The notes under the pieces are model-generated. The model had not been told where the DNA came from. It made no database searches and was given only the letters and a program-made list of their open reading frames with translations. Shown here piece after piece: positions 57,284 through 64,000 of a DNA stretch of 64,000 nt (the first letter of the stretch is position 1; the number at the start of each line of letters is the position of its first letter). Location: assembly GCA_964360065.1 (NCBI GenBank), contig CAYHTW010000001.1, positions 86,289 through 150,288 on the forward strand, written 5' to 3'. The stretch comes from an uncultured Candidatus Saccharibacteria bacterium (GTDB lineage Bacteria > Patescibacteriota > Minisyncoccia > UBA6257 > Colwellbacteraceae). Made by a program: the position numbers and the translations under genes.

Positions 57284-58555
57284 TTAATCCAAAGTAAGCA
57301 GTCTCCGCAATGGTTCTTCGTCCTTAACAGGACCAAGGAGAGCTAGGTTTAGACTTGAGGTCTTGAAGATGTCTCTCGCCAAACTCTTGATCTCTTCGGC
57401 TGTAACAGCCCTCAGCTTCTGCTCCAACTCCTTAGGGGAGAGAATGTTGCCTGTCATAATTTCTTCGCCACCATAAAAACGGGAGATGTCATCTGATGTT
57501 TCCAGGCCTATCACCATATTGCCCACCAGATGGTTCTTGGCTATTTCCAGCTCTTCTTTCGAAACTAAGTTGTCCCGCAAGTCCTTAAACTCTTTGATGA
57601 TAGTTGCCAAAACTATTTCCAGCTTGTCATTAGCCACTCCGGCGGAGGTCGAGAAATAACCGTGGTCAAGCGACAACTGGCTCTCCGAGTGAACATAATA
57701 AGCGGCGCCTAGTTCTTCCCTAACTTTTACAAATAGTCGCGAACTCATCCCGCCTCCCAAAAGATCGGAGAGAACCCCTAAAGCGAAACGTCTGCCGTCA
57801 AAAAGACTGAAAGCCCTGACTCCCAGAATTAAATGAGTTTGGTCCGATTCTTTAGAATGGACCAAAATAGCCGGAGAGGATTGGGACTCGACCGTAACTG
57901 GCTTAGAGGATTTGCATCCGAGATTAACTCCAGAAAAAAGAGTTTTAACTTTTTGTATAGTGCTTACCTCTCCAAAATTGCCGGCTACGATGACTAGAGT
58001 ATGAGAAGCGACATAACGGGAATCGCGGTATTTAATAAAATCTTCTTTCTTGACACGGTTCACGACATCTTTCTCTCCAGCGATATCCCAACCTGCAGGC
58101 TGGTCGCCATAAATTAGTTTAGTGAAAACCGAATGAACTTTATGCATCGGTATATCTTCATACATATTAATCTCTTCAATAATCACTCCCCTTTCTTTAT
58201 CTATTTCATTGGGGTCAAAAACCGGATTCAAATACAAGTCGGAAACTATATCCAAAATCTTATCCAGGTGTTCGGCTTCGGCTTTGGCGTAATACCCGGT
58301 AACTTCGGTACTGGTAAAGGCATTGTAAGCTGCTCCGATACCATCCAGCTCCCTGCTAATATCAATCGCTTTGGGTCTTTTTAAAGTTCCTTTAAAACAC
58401 ATATGTTCCAGAAAGTGAGACAAACCGTTAATGTCTTTAGTTTCGTATTCCGAACCGGCCTCAACTAGAACCGAAACTGTGGTAGTTAAAGTCCCCGGCA
58501 TAGGAACGGTCAGAATCCTTAAGCCGTTCTCCAGAGTCGTTTTATTGAATTGCAT
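57284..58555 (-). CDS. M16 family zinc peptidase
   Basis: HFLEH, NAFTS, E..VIIEE, GGMSSRLF..VRE..G..Y. Confidence 0.92.
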   Translation of the reverse strand: MQFNKTTLENGLRILTVPMPGTLTTTVSVLVEAGSEYETKDINGLSHFLEHMCFKGTLKRPKAIDISRELDGIGAAYNAFTSTEVTGYYAKAEAEHLDKILDIVSDLYLNPVFDPNEIDKERGVIIEEINMYEDIPMHKVHSVFTKLIYGDQPAGWDIAGEKDVVNRVKKEDFIKYRDSRYVASHTLVIVAGNFGEVSTIQKVKTLFSGVNLGCKSSKPVTVESQSSPAILVHSKESDQTHLILGVRAFSLFDGRRFALGVLSDLLGGGMSSRLFVKVREELGAAYYVHSESQLSLDHGYFSTSAGVANDKLEIVLATIIKEFKDLRDNLVSKEELEIAKNHLVGNMVIGLETSDDISRFYGGEEIMTGNILSPKELEQKLRAVTAEEIKSLARDIFKTSSLNLALLGPVKDEEPLRRLLTLD

Positions 58556-59822
58556 TTTTTAGATAAGCTGAGAGATCTTTAATCTCTATTCTCTCTTGCT
58601 TCATTGTGTCGCGGTCGCGGACAGTGACCATTTTATCTTCCAAGGTTTCAAAGTCAACAGTAACGCAGTAAGGCGTACCAATCTCATCCTGACTGTAGTA
58701 ACGCTTGCCGACATTACCTCTGTCATCCCAAGCGGCAGAAAATTCTTTCTTCAGACTCTCATAAATTTCTTTGGCTTTGGCAACAAGTTCCGGCTTGTTC
58801 CTTAAAAGAGGAAAGACCGCCACTTTATAGGGAGCAAGTTTTGGTTTTAATTTTAAAACTACCCTGCCCCCTTCTTCTTCGTAAGCGTCACAAAGTACCG
58901 CCAAAACAGAACGATCTACTCCCCAAGTCGGTTCTATAGCGTGAGGATAGAATGCCTCGCCGCTTTCATTATCTTTATACGGAGCTTCTTTAAAGTGATT
59001 TTTCAGGTCAAAGTCGGTACGGTAAGCGAGGCCGTAAAGCTCTTTCCTGCCGAAAGGATAATCGTATTCAAAGTCTATGGTTTTTTTGGAATAATGAGCG
59101 CGTTCACCATCCGGAATGTCCAGTTCGTGAACACTACTTTCCTTCAGGCCCAACTCATCAGTTATCCAAGCCCACATTTCTTTTCTCCAATGCTCAAATG
59201 AATTCCCCCAATCAGCTTCTTTAATAAAGTATTCTATCTCCATCTGCTCAAACTCCCTGGTACGGAAAATAAAGTTGCCTGGTGTTATTTCGTTCCTGAA
59301 AGCTTTGCCGATTTGGGCAATACCAAAAGGAAGAGTTTTTCTGGAAGTATCCAGAACATTTTTAAAATCAACGAACATGGCCTGGGCAGTTTCGGGACGG
59401 AAGTAAACAGTGTTAGCCTCCTCCTCGGCGGGACCTAGGTATGTCTTCAACATCAAATTAAATTGCCTGGCTTCCGTCCAGTCTTTCTTGCCGCACTGCG
59501 GACAAGTTTCATTATTCAGTTGATCTGTGCGAAAACGTGAGTGGCAACTCCTACACTCAACCAAGGGATCCGAGAAATTAGACAAATGGCCGCTAGCCTC
59601 CCAAACCTTTGGATTCATTATCAAAGCGGCATCAATACCCACCATATCTTCCCTCTGGTGGACAAAACGCTCCCACCAAAGAGCCTTAATGTTATTCTTG
59701 AGCTCAACACCCAGCGGGCCGTAGTCCCAGGAGTTGGCCAACCCGCCATAAATCTCACTGCCTGGAAAAATGAAACCACGGCGTTTACATAAGGAAATTA
59801 TCTTATCAATAGAATCAACCAT
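58542..59822 (-). CDS. glyQS: Glycine--tRNA ligase (alpha2 type)
   Basis: KRRGF, DYGPLG, RPETAQ, GKAFRNEITP, REFEQME, DEIGTP. Confidence 0.96.
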   Translation of the reverse strand: MVDSIDKIISLCKRRGFIFPGSEIYGGLANSWDYGPLGVELKNNIKALWWERFVHQREDMVGIDAALIMNPKVWEASGHLSNFSDPLVECRSCHSRFRTDQLNNETCPQCGKKDWTEARQFNLMLKTYLGPAEEEANTVYFRPETAQAMFVDFKNVLDTSRKTLPFGIAQIGKAFRNEITPGNFIFRTREFEQMEIEYFIKEADWGNSFEHWRKEMWAWITDELGLKESSVHELDIPDGERAHYSKKTIDFEYDYPFGRKELYGLAYRTDFDLKNHFKEAPYKDNESGEAFYPHAIEPTWGVDRSVLAVLCDAYEEEGGRVVLKLKPKLAPYKVAVFPLLRNKPELVAKAKEIYESLKKEFSAAWDDRGNVGKRYYSQDEIGTPYCVTVDFETLEDKMVTVRDRDTMKQERIEIKDLSAYLKNAIQ

Positions 59823-59827
59823 AAAAG

Positions 59828-61519
59828 TTATTGTACAACTCTCCCCTGATTTTCGGAAACGGTTTTATCTGAAGGCAATCTGGTGTCCACGCCCACTCCA
59901 GTTACAGAAATCGGCTGACCGGTAAAATCATCTATAGCTTTAACATGAATTTGTCCGATGATGGGCATATATAATCCTACTTTATCGGTAGTCGGGCGAA
60001 CCTCTACCTGGAATATGGCTTCTGGCGGTTTGCCGGTAATACCGGAGGTAGCAACAAGATTTTGTATTTTCCAGATAATCTGACCGCCATCCGCAGCAAT
60101 TTGAGGTTGGTCGGTGGTATTACTCTTCACCACGCTCGTGAAAACAACTCCATCCTGCAAAGGAACCACGACTTCAACATTACTCACATCAGACGAGTAA
60201 TTGGTGAGAGCCAAATGTATTGTAAATTGAGTAGAACCCCCAACCTTAGGCGGCCAAGGACCCTTGTTTACTATTCCCGCATCGGCGTCGCGGAATAAGC
60301 CAATGGCCTGCACAGTAATTTTCCCAGCTACTTTAGTTTCTATAGAGGCAAGGTTAACCGTGCTCGTCGCATCAACTAAATGAGGCACGGTTGGAGACTG
60401 AATGTTGGCTTCCGCTTTAAGGGTGAAGTTTTTATCGTTAAGTTTTTTAATCGGGTAATTAGACTTAACCTTAAGGGATAGTTGAGTTGTTTTTTCTTCG
60501 CCTGGATTAAGAATCTGCAAGTCTGGGACTGATGCGGCGGTCCATGTAACAGTCCTGTTAAAAGAGCTGAAGCTGCCTCCAATACTATTGATGGAAGAAA
60601 AATCAAACATCACACCGGTAAGTTTAGTAGAGAGCTGAATGTTCTGTAACGGTACGTCTGTATTGTTTTTGTAAACCAGGGAATAATTTAAAGTATCACC
60701 AGGATTAGCTATGTAATTATCTGAATTATTTAGGGAGATCCTTAATGAGATTGGTGAGGGAGAAACTGTAACAGTCGAGAATCTTTCCGCAATCACATAA
60801 TCCTGACCAATCAAAGTAACTACCACCTGAACTTTGATATCAAAAGTGGAATTGTCCGGCAGACTCACCTTACCCTTGGCATTTAGCTTGCCTGAAACGT
60901 CGGTGACTTCTGTAATCTGTTCCGAAGTTTTAGAAAACTGTGATGGATAAATAACTTTAAGGGATAACTTTTCGGCGCTCCCCGCGTTACCTCCTTTATA
61001 ATCTCCAGTTATCTCAAACTGCTCACCCGAGAAAACTGTAGCCGGAACGACTAAATTCAAATCAGCTTTTAGCGGAGTTACATCAAGCTCATAACTCTCA
61101 CTCTTCTTGAAGCGGGCGGAAATAGCCCTTGGCACATAAGTCATAGTGGCTGTGACAACGAGCTTATGGTTATCGGTAGGCACGGCCATAATCCTGAAAG
61201 TCTCCTGATGAAATCCACTCTCTGCGATGGCGCCCGTGTCTTTATTTAATATTTTTTTATTGTCAGCCTCGTTAACCGCAACCAAACCATCGGGAAGTTC
61301 CAAATCCAAGCTGGAACTACTTAAAGAGTTGCCAGAATCGTTCATAAAACTGACCTTAAGATCGAAAGATTCACCGATTACAATGTCAGCGGGAGAAGTA
61401 ATTTGAATACTTATACCTCCTGCGGCAACATAGCTCCAAGCATAGAAGCTAACTATAGCCAGGAGAGCTACAACAGCTAAGGCGATTGCAATCCTTCTTC
61501 TAGATTGAAAAAACTTCAT
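59828..61519 (-). CDS. Membrane-anchored extracellular Ig-like (DUF11-like) protein
   Basis: N-terminal TM helix, beta-rich repeats, GPWPPKVG. Confidence 0.6.
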   Translation of the reverse strand: MKFFQSRRRIAIALAVVALLAIVSFYAWSYVAAGGISIQITSPADIVIGESFDLKVSFMNDSGNSLSSSSLDLELPDGLVAVNEADNKKILNKDTGAIAESGFHQETFRIMAVPTDNHKLVVTATMTYVPRAISARFKKSESYELDVTPLKADLNLVVPATVFSGEQFEITGDYKGGNAGSAEKLSLKVIYPSQFSKTSEQITEVTDVSGKLNAKGKVSLPDNSTFDIKVQVVVTLIGQDYVIAERFSTVTVSPSPISLRISLNNSDNYIANPGDTLNYSLVYKNNTDVPLQNIQLSTKLTGVMFDFSSINSIGGSFSSFNRTVTWTAASVPDLQILNPGEEKTTQLSLKVKSNYPIKKLNDKNFTLKAEANIQSPTVPHLVDATSTVNLASIETKVAGKITVQAIGLFRDADAGIVNKGPWPPKVGGSTQFTIHLALTNYSSDVSNVEVVVPLQDGVVFTSVVKSNTTDQPQIAADGGQIIWKIQNLVATSGITGKPPEAIFQVEVRPTTDKVGLYMPIIGQIHVKAIDDFTGQPISVTGVGVDTRLPSDKTVSENQGRVVQ

Positions 61520-62030
61520 CTTCTTTGAGACGCGAATCGTTCAAGCAACGATTGCATAAGAACATTATATCCCGCGGCACGAAATAGGCAATCTTAACGC
61601 TGCCACAATTATCACAAATAGCATTCTTAGCATCGTAGCCCATAATGGAAATTATTCTCTTGTAGGTGTCCTTATCAATTGTCCCTCTGATGGCAGCCCG
61701 TTCCAATTCGTGCCAGAGATGAAGATCCGGCATACCGATGGGTGCCATCTGGCGGATGAAATCCAGGAATTTGAGAAACTCTTGGCTAGCCTTGGATGGC
61801 AATGAAAGAGCATCTACCACCTGCTTGGTGTCACCCCCCATTTCCACAATCCTCACATTAGCCAACCTACCAGGGATGAGATGGCCAGAAAGTTTTGAAG
61901 TAAGCTTCCTTAGGCTTTTAGCCTTGGCGCTAACTCTGCCAAGCTCCTTGGTATATAAGGTCAGTGTGCCGTCTATGTCTCCCCTAGGAGTTCGACCTAA
62001 AACCAGGGCCTTTGTATAGTATTCAACCAT
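61500..62030 (-). CDS. recO: DNA repair protein RecO (short)
   Basis: L.TKELG...AKA.S.RK..SKL..HL; C-terminal CxxC..CxxC. Confidence 0.8.
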   Translation of the reverse strand: MVEYYTKALVLGRTPRGDIDGTLTLYTKELGRVSAKAKSLRKLTSKLSGHLIPGRLANVRIVEMGGDTKQVVDALSLPSKASQEFLKFLDFIRQMAPIGMPDLHLWHELERAAIRGTIDKDTYKRIISIMGYDAKNAICDNCGSVKIAYFVPRDIMFLCNRCLNDSRLKEDEVFSI

Positions 62031-62171
62031 AACTAAGCTTAATTATAGCCTAAAAGGCCCAAATACGAGTTAGATCTAGTGGGGTTTGGCATTGATTGAC
62101 TTTTGGGTCTAACTGGGGTAAGATGTAGTGGTAATGAGGCTCCCTTAATCGGGAGGTTTTTATTACACGAA

Positions 62172-62615
62172 ATGAGTAAATATATAGCTTTAGCGGCTCT
62201 TTTCGTTGGTCTGGGAACATTAAAAATAGGAGTGATTGAAGGGGCGGTCGACAACTATACCCATGACCTGAGCTATCCATATACGGAAGGCTCGGCCTTG
62301 GTAAGCCAAAACCCCATCACCTCTACTCTCAAGTCTGTGGACGTTTTCGTGACCGCCTATTCTAGCCGAGTCGAGGAAACGGACTCAACACCTTTCATTA
62401 CTGCATCCGGCAGTACAGTGAGGTCGGGAGTGGTAGCTGCCAACTGGCTGCCTTTCGAGACTAAAATAAGAATCCCCGAATTATTTGGAGAAAAAGTCTT
62501 CACAGTTGAGGATAGAATGCACAGGAGAAACGCCGAGAAAATGGATATCTGGTTCCCGACCACCGAAGAAGCCCTGCGATTCGGCACGCAAGTGACCCGA
62601 GTCGAAATTTTATAA
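62172..62615 (+). CDS. 3D domain (peptidoglycan-related) secreted protein
   Basis: TAYSS...TD.TP.ITASG, VAAN.LP, VEDR, DIW. Confidence 0.88.
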   Translation: MSKYIALAALFVGLGTLKIGVIEGAVDNYTHDLSYPYTEGSALVSQNPITSTLKSVDVFVTAYSSRVEETDSTPFITASGSTVRSGVVAANWLPFETKIRIPELFGEKVFTVEDRMHRRNAEKMDIWFPTTEEALRFGTQVTRVEIL

Positions 62616-62624
62616 AGCGACAAT

Positions 62625-62655
62625 AAACCCGATCTCTCGATCGGGTTTTTGTTTT
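62625..62655. terminator. Intrinsic terminator between convergent genes
   Basis: AAACCCGATC-TCTC-GATCGGGTTTTT. Confidence 0.8.
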
Positions 62656-62688
62656 CTTTAATTATCTCACTAAACCAAGCTTGTAAAT

Positions 62689-63891
62689 TTACTGAACAGC
62701 CAGATTGGCTCTTACTCTGCCCCAGCCATAATCTTTATCTTTTCCAGACCTGCCTAAATCTTTAGCGGTACTAAAGAGTTTACTTTCAACCTGACTCTGT
62801 GTATATGCGGGATGAGCATATTTCATAAGAGCTACCACGCCGGTAACCATAGGTGTCGCCATACTTGTACCGCTCCAACTAGCATAGAGGTTCCCCAAAA
62901 CGCTGGAGTAAATACTAACTCCAGGAGCGGTAATATCCAAAGCGCTACCCCTGCCGGAAAAACTGGCAACTTTATCACTGCTATTAACGGCGCCTACGGT
63001 AGTTGAATAACTGACGCAGCCTGGGATAGAAACGCCTCGGCTGCCGCTGTTGCCGGCGGCAACAATCACAATCACATTTTTCTGAATCGCATACTTAATC
63101 GCGTTAGTTAAGTCTGGTAAAACTCCGTCGCAGAAACCCTTATAAATGTAAGGCGCTCCTGTGCCCAGGCTTAAGCTAATAGCATCAGCGTTAAAATCAT
63201 CACTAGTCCCGTAAACACTGTCTAGCCCATTCACTGCCCAATAAATAGCAGCCACAACATCACTGAAGTAACCGGAACCTGTACTATCAAGCACCTTGCC
63301 CGCTATAACTCCCGCATCTGGCGCTACACCTTTAGCGTTGGGGTCAACTCCGTCAGCAGTAATGATTCCTGCCACATGGCTGCCGTGACCTTGATCATCC
63401 ATCGGATCGTTATCGTTATTCACAAAGTCCTTCCCTCCTAAATAGCTGGAACTTAATTCGGGGTGAAGGTAGTTGTACCCCGTGTCCAGCACTACCACTT
63501 TTCTGCCACTGCCGGTGTTACCGGAGGTCTGAACAATACCGGCTCCAATCTGCTTATTGGCGCTGGCACTCATTACGCCAGGTTGAAGACCCCTCAAAAC
63601 GCCGGCTTCTTCATCGTCTAAAGCGAATACCCTTACATCCTCGGCAAGAGATAGAGATTCGGCTACACCCTGCGAACAGCGAAGGGCTTTTAAAGTCTTT
63701 GCGTCTCTTACAACTTTACAACCAGAAGAAACTGCCTTACTTACCTCCTCTTCTGTGTGAGCAATAACTCTTTTATGAGTATCGCCCTTATCAACGGCTA
63801 CTTTGGCACTCACCGTTCCTACAAGAGCGAAAACCGTAATCAATGCAACTACAATGACCGAATATTTCCTAAAATTCATAATTTTTACCAT
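62689..63891 (-). CDS. Secreted subtilisin-like S8 serine protease
   Basis: VLDTG, HGSHVAG, AAGN, GTSMATP. Confidence 0.95.
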   Translation of the reverse strand: MVKIMNFRKYSVIVVALITVFALVGTVSAKVAVDKGDTHKRVIAHTEEEVSKAVSSGCKVVRDAKTLKALRCSQGVAESLSLAEDVRVFALDDEEAGVLRGLQPGVMSASANKQIGAGIVQTSGNTGSGRKVVVLDTGYNYLHPELSSSYLGGKDFVNNDNDPMDDQGHGSHVAGIITADGVDPNAKGVAPDAGVIAGKVLDSTGSGYFSDVVAAIYWAVNGLDSVYGTSDDFNADAISLSLGTGAPYIYKGFCDGVLPDLTNAIKYAIQKNVIVIVAAGNSGSRGVSIPGCVSYSTTVGAVNSSDKVASFSGRGSALDITAPGVSIYSSVLGNLYASWSGTSMATPMVTGVVALMKYAHPAYTQSQVESKLFSTAKDLGRSGKDKDYGWGRVRANLAVQ

Positions 63892-64000
63892 AAATATTTT
63901 ATGATTTTTTTATTAAGTTTTTATGATTTAAGTCTAATATATGGATAATAGTCTGTCAAAGCTCCACGGGACTCCTTAGAATGAGGTGATGACACGGCAA

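Overview
Bacterial chromosomal window, most consistent with Patescibacteria/CPR (Parcubacteria-like). This is an inference from the compact AT-rich genes, a monoderm type IV pilus locus, alpha2 GlyRS, and rplK without rplA. Housekeeping genes: dnaE end, thrS, miaA, gatB, rplK-nusG-secE, gyrB, ligA, leuS, metG, glyQS, tgt, xseAB, recO, ddl. Also present: five tRNAs; a type IV pilus/competence cluster with comF; a roughly 6.4 kb defence-like island between comF and tRNA-Ser; a cobalamin riboswitch with an uptake module; and a glycerate-to-pyruvate operon. The most striking signal is a pervasive set of tiny palindromic or hairpin insertions, including TCCGCC-n-GGCGGA, CCTGCC-n-GGCAGG, heptamer repeats and nested hairpins. 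They sit in frame inside essential genes, inside a riboswitch, inside a tRNA fragment and next to tRNAs. A small GIY-YIG nuclease gene bounded by perfect 21-bp inverted repeats is a candidate mobiliser. Other highlights are a promoter- and terminator-bounded structured ncRNA candidate, a nuclease-helicase-LexA-peptidase fusion in a MazG/HNH operon, and a mitochondrial-type single-chain PheRS followed by a decayed pheT-like tail. All calls come from reading motifs by eye; no database searches were run.
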